Assembly: GCA_963817955.1 (NCBI GenBank)
Contig: CAWFQK010000001.1
Location: 352,001 to 416,000 of the forward strand
DNA: 64,000 bases
Direction: 5' to 3'
From: an uncultured Gemmatimonadaceae bacterium
Lineage (GTDB): Bacteria; Gemmatimonadota; Gemmatimonadetes; Gemmatimonadales; Gemmatimonadaceae
In this document: positions 39,835-49,603 of the stretch, piece after piece
Layout of the letters: each line of letters starts with the position of its first letter
Numbering within the stretch: position 1 is the stretch's first letter
The notes under the pieces: model-generated
The model's database searches: none
Told to the model about the DNA's origin: nothing
What the model saw: only the letters and a program-made list of their open reading frames with translations
Translations under genes and position numbers: made by a program

Positions 39835-41292
39835 TTACAACGTCTTGGCAATCGAAGTGAGGCCGTTCAGGATCTCGGTGATGTCCCCCGACGTGGTGCG
39901 GGGGTTCATCATGGTGACGCGAAGGACGCGGCGGCCATCGAGATTCGTGGCCGTGATCCAACCTTCGCCAGACAGATTGTAGCGCTCGCGTAACTCGCGG
40001 TTAAGGTGATCGAGCGCTTCGTCATTTCGCGAGCCGTCGCCGACGTATCGGAAGCAGAGAATGTTCGATTCGGGTTCGTGCAGCGCCGTGAAATCGCCGC
40101 GCTCCTGAATTTCTTCCCACATGCGACGCGCGTTGCCGCAGAGATGGTCGTACAGTTCCCCAACCCCCGTAGCTCCGTACCGCTGGAGCGCCACCCAGAC
40201 CTTGAACACGTCGGCGCGGTGCGAGCAGAGAAAGCTGCGCGTGCCCTGGTCCCATACCCGCTCACCTTCGCCGGCATGGAACAGGTACGGCGCTCGTTGC
40301 GAGAACGCCGTATCCAGATCGCGCTCGTCACGTACGAGCACCATCCCTGCCTGCAACGGCAGAAGCATCATCTTGTGCGGATCCCAGGCGATCGACCGTG
40401 CGCGCTTTATCCCGCGAACGTGGTGCTTGTGCGATTGTGACAGCAGTGCCGACGCGCCGTGCGCACCATCGATGTGCAGCCAAACGCCATGTTCATCGCA
40501 GATTGCGCCGATCGTCTCCAGATCGTCGAATGATCCTGTCGCAGTGGATCCCGCAGTGGCAACGACAGCGAGCACGCGGCGCCCTGCACGATGCAACGAG
40601 TCGAGTGTGACACGCAGCGCCTCGGCGTCCATCTTGTAATTGCGGGACGGTACCGAGAGCACACTGCGCATCCCCAGTCCAAGTTCACCGGCGGCGCGCG
40701 TTGCGGCATAATGGGCGTGCTCTCCGCAGAGCAGTACTGGCGGATCCACGCCGACGCCGTTCGTCCAGGCATCGGGCAAGGCCACGCTGCGCGCCGCAAG
40801 GAGCGCGGTGAACGTCGCCTCCGTCCCACCCGTCGTCATCGTTCCGCCGGCGGACACCGGATAGCCGGCAAGCTGGCACATCCACTTGATCACCTGATGC
40901 TCGAGCACCGTTCCCACGGGCGACATCTCGAACACGGCAACCGATTGGTTGAGCGCCGCGGTTACGCTCTCCATCCACACCGCGGCGGGCAGCGGAGCCG
41001 ACACCTGATGGCCCACATAGCGCGGATGAAAAAGGCGATTGCAGTCGGGGATGACGTCGGAGCGCAGTCGCTCGATGATCGCGTCGATTGGCTGCCCGTC
41101 GAGGGGCATCGGTTCATCGAACCGAGCGGCAAGAGCGGCAGGCGTATGCGCCGTGGAAACACGGCCGTCGCGGCTTCGCGTCTGCGCAAAGTACTCGGCG
41201 GCCAGGGCGACGAACGCCTGTCCAACCGAGGCGTCGCAGTCGGCTTCAATTGTCGAGAGAATGTCGGGTGCGGTGCGCGTCATATCGGTCAT
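39835..41292 (-). CDS. PLP-dependent group II decarboxylase (DABA/glutamate-decarboxylase-like)
   Basis: HPRYVGHQ, GGTEAT, ATAGSTATGSFD, HIDGAHG and WDPHKMM motifs. Confidence 0.9.
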   Translation of the reverse strand: MTDMTRTAPDILSTIEADCDASVGQAFVALAAEYFAQTRSRDGRVSTAHTPAALAARFDEPMPLDGQPIDAIIERLRSDVIPDCNRLFHPRYVGHQVSAPLPAAVWMESVTAALNQSVAVFEMSPVGTVLEHQVIKWMCQLAGYPVSAGGTMTTGGTEATFTALLAARSVALPDAWTNGVGVDPPVLLCGEHAHYAATRAAGELGLGMRSVLSVPSRNYKMDAEALRVTLDSLHRAGRRVLAVVATAGSTATGSFDDLETIGAICDEHGVWLHIDGAHGASALLSQSHKHHVRGIKRARSIAWDPHKMMLLPLQAGMVLVRDERDLDTAFSQRAPYLFHAGEGERVWDQGTRSFLCSHRADVFKVWVALQRYGATGVGELYDHLCGNARRMWEEIQERGDFTALHEPESNILCFRYVGDGSRNDEALDHLNRELRERYNLSGEGWITATNLDGRRVLRVTMMNPRTTSGDITEILNGLTSIAKTL

Positions 41293-41825
41293 TGTGGCGT
41301 CGGGCCGCCGAGCGGCAGATCGAGCACTTTCTGCGTTCTCGTCAGATCAATCGCACGGTAGGCCTGGATCGAATCGATCGTAACCGGCTCGCTGATGCGA
41401 ATGCGCAGCAGCTCGCGTAGGCGGTCGCGCGACAGCTCGGGGTAGAAGCTGAGCGTGCAGTGGGGAGTGAACGTGAAACGGGGCTGCTCGTAGGATAACC
41501 CGGCCATCTTGATACGCTCGTGGAGCGCGCGGATGGGACCGTTCGGATCGATCTCCATCACGACTACGGTGCTCTGCATGAAGCGCTTGGGCGGCTGGAG
41601 GCGTACACTGAAACGTGCGATCTGCGCGGCCACTGGGCCGAGCGCGGACCGCAGCACCTCGTCGCTCGTCTCCGGCGAGATCGGTCCCATGCCCGACGAA
41701 CCGCTGATCGTGATGTGTGGCGGCAGTTCGGCGACCATACGCGGGTCGAATCGCTGCTGAATTTCGCGCAACTCCTCGGCGATCGGCCCATGCAACTCGG
41801 ACATCACGATGATGCCTGGCTTCAC
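41289..41825 (-). CDS. 2H phosphoesterase (2'-5' RNA ligase/LigT-like family)
   Basis: Two H-x-T motifs (PPHITI, TPHCTL); 4-nt overlaps with both neighbours. Confidence 0.85.
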   Translation of the reverse strand: MKPGIIVMSELHGPIAEELREIQQRFDPRMVAELPPHITISGSSGMGPISPETSDEVLRSALGPVAAQIARFSVRLQPPKRFMQSTVVVMEIDPNGPIRALHERIKMAGLSYEQPRFTFTPHCTLSFYPELSRDRLRELLRIRISEPVTIDSIQAYRAIDLTRTQKVLDLPLGGPTPQ

Positions 41826-43015
41826 CGCTCGAGCCCCTTCAAGATCACCTCTTGCGAGCCGTCGAGATCCGCCAGGAACATCTGCTCGGCTTCAGCGCCC
41901 AACACAGCGTCTTCGATGACGGCATCCAGTTCGTAGTTGATCGCCACACCCAATGGGTTGAAGTCGGTCGAGCCTACACGGACCCATTGTCCGTCCACCA
42001 CGCTCGTCTTGGCGTGCATCATTTCGCCCTGCCACTCCCAGATGCGCACACCGTTGGTAAGCAGCCGGCGATAGTAGCGGCGCGCGAGCAATGACACCCA
42101 CGGGTGATCATTCTGGCTCGGCACGAGAATGCGCACGTCCACGCCATCGCGGGCCGCGCCGTTCAGCGCCTCGACTTCCGACGGCGAGGGTGTGAAGTAG
42201 GCTGTCGCGATCCAGATGGACCGTCTGGCCGAAATGGCTTGGATCTGCAATGCACGCGAAACGCGCAGGCGCAGCGGCTCGCCCTCGATGATGCCGACGA
42301 GCGCCGGGGTGTCGGTTGCCGGATCGAGATGCGCGCCGCGCGCCGGACGGCGGAGAAGTCGGTGTGAGCCGCGCCGCTCGTGCCCGTTGGTGCGCCGCCA
42401 CATATGGTCAAAGGCCTGGACCATATCGCGCGCCGCTGGTCCCTGGATCTTCACCGCCGTATCACGCCAGCGGGAGCGGTGTTGCTTCAGCACGCCGGTG
42501 GTCCATTCGCGCCCGACGCCCACCCCACCAGTGACACCAACCGTTCCATCGACAACGAGGAGCTTCCGGTGGTCGCGCGGCACAAGGCCCAACCAGCGGT
42601 GGAATCCCACGGGGTTGAACACCGCGACATCGACTCCTCCACGCCGGAGGCGCTTGAGAAGGCTACGCGACGTTCCTCGAATCCCGATCCAGTCGAGCAG
42701 GAGCCGGACGTTGACGCCCCGCCCGGCTGCCCCTACGAGCCCTTCGGCCATCCTGGACCCGACGTCATCGGAGCGAAAGATATAGCTCTCGAGGGCAACG
42801 CTCGTCGTTGCGCTCTCGATCAGCGCAATCATCGTGTCGAACGTCGCCGGGCCGTCGCGCAGAAGGGTGACTTGGTTGCCGCTCGACACATCGGCCGCGG
42901 CAATTCTCCAGAGCCCGCGCGCGAAAGACGGGCCGGCGACGGCCGGGGCGACGGACGTGTTGCCGTCGCCCCGGCCAACGAGCGTTTCTCGGGCAGGCAT
43001 CGTCACAATGGCCAA
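41822..43015 (-). CDS. cls: Phospholipase D-family cardiolipin synthase (ClsB-like, no N-terminal TM)
   Basis: Two HKD motifs ([16 protein letters not shown]); WRDT, AYFTP, GSTDF and NYEL motifs. Confidence 0.85.
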   Translation of the reverse strand: MAIVTMPARETLVGRGDGNTSVAPAVAGPSFARGLWRIAAADVSSGNQVTLLRDGPATFDTMIALIESATTSVALESYIFRSDDVGSRMAEGLVGAAGRGVNVRLLLDWIGIRGTSRSLLKRLRRGGVDVAVFNPVGFHRWLGLVPRDHRKLLVVDGTVGVTGGVGVGREWTTGVLKQHRSRWRDTAVKIQGPAARDMVQAFDHMWRRTNGHERRGSHRLLRRPARGAHLDPATDTPALVGIIEGEPLRLRVSRALQIQAISARRSIWIATAYFTPSPSEVEALNGAARDGVDVRILVPSQNDHPWVSLLARRYYRRLLTNGVRIWEWQGEMMHAKTSVVDGQWVRVGSTDFNPLGVAINYELDAVIEDAVLGAEAEQMFLADLDGSQEVILKGLER

Positions 43016-43036
43016 TCTTACAGATTACGCGCCGAT

Positions 43037-43405
43037 TTAGTCAGCGGACCACGTCGCAATGTGGCGCTCGAGCTCGGCGAGCTCGAATGGCTTGATGAGA
43101 ATGGGGCGTTCCATGGTCGCGAGGCTCTGCTCAACGGCCGGCTCGCGGAGGATGTCGCCGGTCACGAACACGGCGTGGGACGCGACGTGTGGCTGGTGCA
43201 TGTCCACCCATTCGAACAGGTCGAAGCCGCTTTCGGCGCCGAGCCAGATATCGATGAACATACCGTCGATGGCGTTGGTCTCGAGGATGGTCCGTGCCTC
43301 GTCGATCGTTCCGGCCGAAAACACGGTATGCCCTCGCCGTGCCAGCCAGGAACGAAGAGCTCGGCGAATGGCATCTTCGTCATCGACGTACAGTACAGTG
43401 GCCAA
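43037..43405 (-). CDS. Single-domain response regulator (receiver)
   Basis: VLYVDDE, phospho-acceptor IDIWL, VTG and KPF motifs. Confidence 0.88.
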   Translation of the reverse strand: MATVLYVDDEDAIRRALRSWLARRGHTVFSAGTIDEARTILETNAIDGMFIDIWLGAESGFDLFEWVDMHQPHVASHAVFVTGDILREPAVEQSLATMERPILIKPFELAELERHIATWSAD

Positions 43406-43567
43406 CTGGTCTCCTATGGGGCACTGTTCAACGGGCAGGAAGCTCGTACTTCTCGGATCGATTGCATAGCGAACAAGCCCCGACAGCCCGATGAGAAGCT
43501 TCTAACCCGGATCGGAATTACACGCGCCATTGGGCGGGCCGCACTGCTGGCGACTATTATTGAGGCC

Positions 43568-44470
43568 ATGCTGAACATCGACTTGACGGGACGCCGGGCG
43601 CTGGTCGCCGGGGTAGCTGACGACGCAGGATTCGGCTTCGCGATCGCTAAGGCGCTCGCCGAGGCGGGCGCAAGCGTCTGCGTTGGCACATGGCCACCAG
43701 CGCTCCACATCTTCCACACCCTCCTGGATCGAGGGAAGATCGACGATGCGCGCCGTCTGTCATGCGGTCAATTGCTGCAATTCGAGAGAATTTACCCACT
43801 CGACGCGGTATTCGACCGGTACGACGAGATCCCGGAAGATCTCCGCGAGAGCAAGCGGTACAAGGACGTCGGCGACTGCTCGATCGGTGGTCTGGCCGAG
43901 CGGCTGGTAGCGGATTTCGGGGAGAAGCCGCTCGATATCGTGGTGCATTCGTTGGCCAACGGCCCGGAAGTGAAGAGGCCGCTCCTCGAGACGAGTCGCG
44001 GCGGTTATCTGGCGGCGCTGAGCGCCAGCGCCTACTCGCTTGTGTCCATGGTTCAACGCCTTGGGCCGCTGATGCGCGATAACGGCTCGTTCGTGTCGCT
44101 CACGTATATGGCGAGTGAACGGGTAGTCCCCGGCTACGGCGGTGGCATGTCGTCGGCCAAAGCCGCGCTCGAGAGCGACACGCGCATGCTGGCATTCGAG
44201 GCCGGGCGTAAGTTCGGCTGCCGCGTGAACACGATTTCGGCTGGCCCACTCGCCTCGCGTGCCGCAAGCGCCATCGGGATCATCGAGAAGATGGTCGACT
44301 ATGTCGCGCACAACGCCCCGCTCACCGACAAGCTGACGGCGGACGAAGTCGGCCTGGTGACCGCATTCCTATCTTCGCCCATGGCGAGTGGGATCACCGG
44401 CAGTACCGTGTACGTGGACAAAGGGTACCACGCGATGGGGATGGCCGTGCCGACGAACGATGGGTGCTGA
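43568..44470 (+). CDS. fabI: Enoyl-ACP reductase (NADH), plant/chlamydial-type
   Basis: [43 protein letters not shown] and [11 protein letters not shown] motifs. Confidence 0.92.
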   Translation: MLNIDLTGRRALVAGVADDAGFGFAIAKALAEAGASVCVGTWPPALHIFHTLLDRGKIDDARRLSCGQLLQFERIYPLDAVFDRYDEIPEDLRESKRYKDVGDCSIGGLAERLVADFGEKPLDIVVHSLANGPEVKRPLLETSRGGYLAALSASAYSLVSMVQRLGPLMRDNGSFVSLTYMASERVVPGYGGGMSSAKAALESDTRMLAFEAGRKFGCRVNTISAGPLASRAASAIGIIEKMVDYVAHNAPLTDKLTADEVGLVTAFLSSPMASGITGSTVYVDKGYHAMGMAVPTNDGC

Positions 44471-44539
44471 TGACCTTCGCGAAGGTTGGGTGTGGAGATG
44501 CCGCCGGTTGAGGCGGGCGGGACGACGGGTGATGTGATC

Positions 44540-44664
44540 AGTTGTGAGTTGTGAGTCGTGAGTTGTGAGTATACAGGTCATGCGCACCAGGGCGCCTGGC
44601 TCGCAGGCCACTATCGCCGGTCGGCGAGGTTCGGGTGTCCAGTTGTGAGTCGTGAGTTGTGAGT
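44540..44664. repeat. Two blocks of AG(T/C)GTG-type heptamer tandem repeats
   Basis: AGTTGTG AGTTGTG AGTCGTG AGTTGTG AGT at 44540-44570 and AGTTGTG AGTCGTG AGTTGTG AGT at 44641-44664 (a 24-nt exact duplicate). Confidence 0.9.
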
Positions 44665-44722
44665 TTTTAACAACGCGCAACGCATAACTCATCACTGGCA
44701 ACTCGAAACTCGCCGACCGGTG
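44615..44722 (+). repeat. Long imperfect inverted repeat (54-nt arms, centred on TTAA)
   Basis: Hand pairing without gaps gives 41 Watson-Crick pairs, 5 G-U pairs and 8 mismatches. Confidence 0.8.
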
Positions 44723-44853
44723 GGCCGACCGCTACGGAGCAGCCAGCGACATCCAGCCAGAATAGGGCCCGGAGCCCAATCCCCGCTGAAGGGGCCGCCG
44801 AGACAGGCTTGCGAGTCAGGCGCCCGGGCATCGTCTCTGCACCGGGAGCAAGC

Positions 44854-45843
44854 GTGCCACGTCCTTCCTACCAGCTCGCGCACTGCATGGTGTGCGGCCA
44901 CGCGCAAGCGACGCTCGTCGCCGATGCAGATGACATGCGCGCCGAGGTGGAAGCGTTGTGGGCGTATCATCAGCGGCGCCTGAGGCCGGAGACGCCGCCG
45001 CAGCGGTTGATGGATCGCGTGGCCTTTTCCGAGCATCCGCCGTATCGACTCGTGCAATGCACCGGGTGCGGTCTGGTCTACCGTAATCCCGCCGAACGCG
45101 ACCATGAGCTCGTGGAGATCTACGCGCGCAAGGCGCCCACGCCGGACGCGATGCGCGCCCTTCATGGCACGCAGGCACCCGCGCTCCGCGTGTTGGCGCG
45201 GCAGCTACGGCGGGCGCTTGGGCGCGGCGGATCAGGATTGGAAGTCGGCAGCTACGTCGGTGCATTCCTCGCCGCGGCGCGCGACGAGGATCTCCACATG
45301 GAGGGACTCGACATCAATCCCGACGTGAACGCATTCACGCGATCGCTCGGCTTCGTGGTGCACGACGGCGAGTTGACGACGTTTGGGACGGGGCGGACGT
45401 TCGACGCGATTGCCATCTGGAACACCTTCGATCAGCTCGCCGACCCACGAGGGGCGGTGAATGCTGCGTGGAAGCTTCTGCGACGCGGCGGCATCCTGGC
45501 GCTGCGCGTGCCGAACGGAGCGTTCTACGCCGAACGGCGGCAGTCGCTCGGACGGGGCAGTGCCGCCCGGCGCGCGCTCACGAGAACGTTGTTCGCGCAG
45601 AACAACCTCTTGTCCTTCCCGTATCGATGTGGATTCACACCGAGCGCACTCGCGCGCTTGCTGCGTACGAGCGGATTCACCGTCAGTCGGCTGCGCGGTG
45701 ACGTGCTCGTGCCACTCGCAGACGAATGGACGCGGCGGTGGGCGCGGTTCGAAGAACGGCTGGTGAAGGCCGTGCTCGGCGCCGCAGTACGCTCAAACCT
45801 CCGCTGGGCGCCCTGGTTCGAGGTCTACGCCATCCGCGACTGA
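44854..45843 (+). CDS. Class I SAM-dependent methyltransferase with N-terminal Cys pairs
   Basis: CMVCG...CTGCGLVY, LEVGSYVG.FL, GLDIN, FDAI and GGILALRVPN motifs. GTG start after GGGAG. Confidence 0.82.
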   Translation: MPRPSYQLAHCMVCGHAQATLVADADDMRAEVEALWAYHQRRLRPETPPQRLMDRVAFSEHPPYRLVQCTGCGLVYRNPAERDHELVEIYARKAPTPDAMRALHGTQAPALRVLARQLRRALGRGGSGLEVGSYVGAFLAAARDEDLHMEGLDINPDVNAFTRSLGFVVHDGELTTFGTGRTFDAIAIWNTFDQLADPRGAVNAAWKLLRRGGILALRVPNGAFYAERRQSLGRGSAARRALTRTLFAQNNLLSFPYRCGFTPSALARLLRTSGFTVSRLRGDVLVPLADEWTRRWARFEERLVKAVLGAAVRSNLRWAPWFEVYAIRD

Positions 45844-46562
45844 GCGCCCCTTGCATCGAGACGTGTGGCGAGCCAATCCGCCGCGTCGTCGATCGCGCCC
45901 TGCGTGGGCCAATGGCCCCCATTGTACCAGCGCAATTCCTTCGGCTCAGACGCGGCATCGAATAATGCGCGGGCCTGCGCTGGACGAGTCGTTCGATCAT
46001 GCCGGCCGTTGACCATGAGCAGCGGCCGGCCGGACAGATTTCGCGCCGCACGCTTGGGATCAGCGACGGCCCGGACGAGCGACGCGAACGGCATCATATC
46101 GGGCAGGTCTCCGCCCGCGGCAAGCGCGACGACGCGGATCAGTTGATTGCTCGCCGCCACTATCACGGCGAGGTACGCACCAAGCGAATAGCCGGCAAGC
46201 CCAATGCGTCGCACATCGATGGCGCGGTGTTCGGCAAGGTAACCGACAGCCCCCTCCGCCTCGCGTATGGCGAGTCGCCATTCACGGACGAGCGTGAGCG
46301 GGTTGCCAAGCCATTTCCGCTCGAGACCCGCCTCCCGTGCGCCGTGGAGTGGCAGGTCAATGGCGAGGCTGGCTACGCCGCGCCTGAGTAGCGCGCGGCC
46401 GACGGAATCGGCCATTCGCTCCTTCTGCGAGCCGATTCCGTGGATGAGAAGTACAGCCGGAACCTTCCGCTCGGTGTGTGGAAGCTGAAGAATAGCAGGC
46501 ACTTGCTCGCCCGTACCGACCTCGAGCAACACCGAGCGGGTCTTCGTCTTTGACGCAGGCAT
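45825..46562 (-). CDS. Alpha/beta hydrolase
   Basis: LIHGIG, GYSLG nucleophile elbow, NGRHD and GGH motifs. Confidence 0.88.
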   Translation of the reverse strand: MPASKTKTRSVLLEVGTGEQVPAILQLPHTERKVPAVLLIHGIGSQKERMADSVGRALLRRGVASLAIDLPLHGAREAGLERKWLGNPLTLVREWRLAIREAEGAVGYLAEHRAIDVRRIGLAGYSLGAYLAVIVAASNQLIRVVALAAGGDLPDMMPFASLVRAVADPKRAARNLSGRPLLMVNGRHDRTTRPAQARALFDAASEPKELRWYNGGHWPTQGAIDDAADWLATRLDARGAQSRMA

Positions 46563-46705
46563 CGGGGTTAGCTACCGCAGACGGCGCGCCGAAAGGAGGG
46601 TCCAGTCTGCCAAGCGAGCCAACGGTTTCGTCCCTCGGGACGTTCGAGCTGTTAGGATAATACCTGCCCTGGTGTATCCCCCCCTCCTTCTCATCACGAA
46701 GGTTC

Positions 46706-49423
46706 ATGCGATCGAGTTCCGCATTTGTCGTGGGGTGTTCGGCCATCGCGGTCATCGCGATCGGCTGCAGCACTGCCAAGACTCCAGCGCCCGCCCCGGT
46801 TCAACCGGCCCCCGCTCCAAATCGTCAGGCACAGCAACCCGCGCCAACGCCCGGCGATACAACCGAAACGCCAGCGCCGGGCGCAGCCGGCGGACGCGGC
46901 GGACGTGGTGGCGCACCAGGTGCGCCCGCCACTGGTGCACCGAATCCGCAGCCGTATAGCCGCGTCGTGACCCGACAGGCGCAGACGAAGACAGGATTCA
47001 TCACGGTGCATCGCATCGGTGAGCGAGTGCTGTTCGAGATTCCGCGCCGCGAACTGAACAAGGACCTTCTGCTCGTGCAGGAGATTGCGCAGACCACGCT
47101 CGGCGCCGGTTATGGCGGACAGTCTGCCGGCAATCGCGTGTTGCGGTTCGAGCGCAGGGACAATCGCGTGTTGCTGCGCGGTATTTCCTACGAAGTGATG
47201 TCGAGCGACACCACGGCCCCGGTTGCCGGCGCTGTGCAAGCGGCAAACGTGCCGCCGGTGATCGCCGTGTTCAACGTGGAAGCCTACGGTCCGGACAGCG
47301 CGGTGGTGATCGACGTATCGCGCACGTTTACTCAGCCGCCGCAGGAACTCTCGCCGGCGCAGCGCGTTGGCGCGGGCTACACCGTTGATGCGACGCGCTC
47401 GTGGGTGGATCGCGTCTCGTCATTCCCGGACAACCTGAACGTCTACTCGACATTGACGCTGGCGAGCAGCGGCGCCGGCCGCGGTGCAACGCCTGGCGGC
47501 GGTCGTGGGGCGGCGGGCGTTACCGCGCCCTCGGCGACCATCGTCATGTCGTACAGCTTCCACAAGCTGCCCGAGACGCCGATGCAGCCGCGCCTGTGCG
47601 ACAATCGCGTCGGCTACTTCAACCTCACGGTTACCGACTACTCACAGCCGGCGCAGCGTGTCGCCGACGACCAGCGCTGCTTCATCACGCGCTATCGTCT
47701 CGAGAAGAAGGATCCGAGCGCCGCGCTCTCCGAGCCGGTGAAGCAGATCGTGTACTACCTCGATCCGGCCACGCCCGTAAAATGGCGCCCGTACCTCATC
47801 AAGGCGATCGAAGACTGGCAGCCGGCGTTCGAAGCCGCGGGATTCAAGAACGCGATCGTTGGCAAGGTGGCACCGACGAATGACCCCGACTGGTCGCCGG
47901 AAGACGCGCGCTACTCGGTAATCCGCTGGTTGCCGTCGACGACGGAGAACGCGAGCGGTCCGAACATTCACGACCCGCGCTCCGGCGAGATCCTCAACGC
48001 GCACGTTCAGTTCTATCACAACGTGCAGAACCTGGCGCGCACCTGGTACTTCACGCAGGTGGCGGCGCTCGATCCGCGCGCGCGCGAGTTCCCGCTCCCC
48101 GATTCGCTCATGGGGCGCCTCCTCGAGTACGTGCTGGCGCACGAAGTCGGTCATACGCTCGGCTTCCAGCACAACATGAAGGCGAGCTCGCAGTATCCGA
48201 TCGACAGCATTCGCAACCCGGACTTCCTGCGGCGCATGGGCCACGTGTCCACGCTCATGGATTACTCACGTTTCAATTACGTGGCGCAGCCGGAAGACCA
48301 CATTCCAGTTGACTTGCTCGTGCCCCGCGTTGGACCGTACGACCTCTGGGCAACGAGATGGGGCTACGCGCCGATCAACACACCGGCGGTGGCGCAACAG
48401 TCCGGCAAGCGCACCGGCGCAGAGCTGATTCTGAGCGCGGAAGCAGAGCGCCCCACGCTCGATTCTTGGGCGCGCGATCAGGATACCAAGCCATGGTTGC
48501 GCTTCTCGACGTCAGGCGCATTTGGCTCCGATCCGGGTGACGAAACGGAGGCGGTGGGCGACGCCGATCCGGTGCGCGCCACGGACCTCGGCTTCAGAAA
48601 CCTGAAGCGGAACATGCAGTGGATTCAGTCGGCGACGGTGAAGCCGGACCAGGACTTCGAGGTGCTGGCCGAACTGTATAGCCGCGAGATCGGTCAGTTC
48701 CGCACGGAGCTCGGTCACGTCGCCAACCTCGTTGGCGGCATGGACTCGCAGGAGAAGTACGGCAACCAGCCGGGCCCGCGTTTCACGCCGGTACCGAAGG
48801 CGAAACAGGCAGGGGCTATGAAGTTCATCGCCGACAATGGATTCAAGACGCCGACGTGGCTCATCGATACGGACATCCTGCGCAAGATCGAGCCGGACGG
48901 CGAAGTCACCCGCATCGTCAGCGCGCAGTCGGCGATTGTCACCAGTCTGCTCAACGACGCCAAGATGACGCGGCTCATCGAAAGCGAGGCGCTGGCGAAG
49001 AACCCGAGCGACGTGTACACGCTTGGTGAAATGCTCAGCGATCTCCGTCACGGCGTGTTCACGGAAGTCTATGGCAGCGGTCCGGTCAAGATCGACGTGT
49101 ATCGTCGCGGTCTGCAGCGGGCGTATCTCGCCGCGGTGGGCGCCAAGATCAATCCGCCAGCCGCTGGGGCCGCGGGTGGTGCACCAGGCGGTGGACGCGG
49201 GGGTGCGGCTGCGCCTGCTTCAAACACCGGTGAGATCAAAGCGATGCTGCGCGGAGACCTGAAACAGCTCGACACAGAGCTCGCCGCGGCCTCGAAGCGC
49301 GCAACTGACGTGGCCACGAAACGGCACATCGACGATGCGCGGCACCAGATCAGCGATATCGTCAAGCCAAAGGCCGCGGCAAGTGGTGGTAGCGCGGGCG
49401 AGGAAGGAATCGTTCGACGCTAG
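46706..49423 (+). CDS. Zinc-dependent metalloprotease lipoprotein (DUF5117/DUF5118/DUF4953 architecture)
   Basis: Lipobox IAIGC; DPRSGEIL; HEVGHTLGFQHN metzincin motif; STLMDY Met-turn. Confidence 0.88.
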   Translation: MRSSSAFVVGCSAIAVIAIGCSTAKTPAPAPVQPAPAPNRQAQQPAPTPGDTTETPAPGAAGGRGGRGGAPGAPATGAPNPQPYSRVVTRQAQTKTGFITVHRIGERVLFEIPRRELNKDLLLVQEIAQTTLGAGYGGQSAGNRVLRFERRDNRVLLRGISYEVMSSDTTAPVAGAVQAANVPPVIAVFNVEAYGPDSAVVIDVSRTFTQPPQELSPAQRVGAGYTVDATRSWVDRVSSFPDNLNVYSTLTLASSGAGRGATPGGGRGAAGVTAPSATIVMSYSFHKLPETPMQPRLCDNRVGYFNLTVTDYSQPAQRVADDQRCFITRYRLEKKDPSAALSEPVKQIVYYLDPATPVKWRPYLIKAIEDWQPAFEAAGFKNAIVGKVAPTNDPDWSPEDARYSVIRWLPSTTENASGPNIHDPRSGEILNAHVQFYHNVQNLARTWYFTQVAALDPRAREFPLPDSLMGRLLEYVLAHEVGHTLGFQHNMKASSQYPIDSIRNPDFLRRMGHVSTLMDYSRFNYVAQPEDHIPVDLLVPRVGPYDLWATRWGYAPINTPAVAQQSGKRTGAELILSAEAERPTLDSWARDQDTKPWLRFSTSGAFGSDPGDETEAVGDADPVRATDLGFRNLKRNMQWIQSATVKPDQDFEVLAELYSREIGQFRTELGHVANLVGGMDSQEKYGNQPGPRFTPVPKAKQAGAMKFIADNGFKTPTWLIDTDILRKIEPDGEVTRIVSAQSAIVTSLLNDAKMTRLIESEALAKNPSDVYTLGEMLSDLRHGVFTEVYGSGPVKIDVYRRGLQRAYLAAVGAKINPPAAGAAGGAPGGGRGGAAAPASNTGEIKAMLRGDLKQLDTELAAASKRATDVATKRHIDDARHQISDIVKPKAAASGGSAGEEGIVRR

Positions 49424-49457
49424 GCGCTCGACAGTAGACGCACGTTGTTCGCGGAGT

Positions 49458-49526
49458 CGGGGGGTCGTTCGTTCTGGTCGCAATGAATCATTGCGGCCAG
49501 AACGAACGACCCCCCGTTCGCTTTTC
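49458..49526 (+). terminator. Very long hairpin (about 28-bp stem) followed by a U-rich tail
   Basis: CGGGGGGTCGTTCGTTCTGGTCGCAATGA-A-TCATTGCGGCCAGAACGAACGACCCCCCG then TTCGCTTTT. Confidence 0.7.
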
Positions 49527-49603
49527 CTTGACCACACCGCGCTTGATTCTCCGCCGACAACCACGGAGATTCGCACGATGCCGATAACCGACAAAGCGCC
49601 CAC

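Noticed and set aside
41289..43015. PLD + 2H pair as an anti-phage or cyclic-nucleotide defence system
   Set aside because: The PLD has two HKD motifs and cardiolipin-synthase signatures rather than a nuclease-type single HKD, and no cyclase, helicase or other defence genes are nearby.
42380..43567. Apparent 696-aa FabI with a long N-terminal extension
   Set aside because: The extension is antisense to cls and the response regulator. The real start is the ATG at 43568 after a GAGG RBS.
44547..44664. 24-nt direct repeat pair as a mini-CRISPR array
   Set aside because: There are only two copies, the repeat has internal 7-nt periodicity, the spacer is 70 nt, and no cas genes are in the window.
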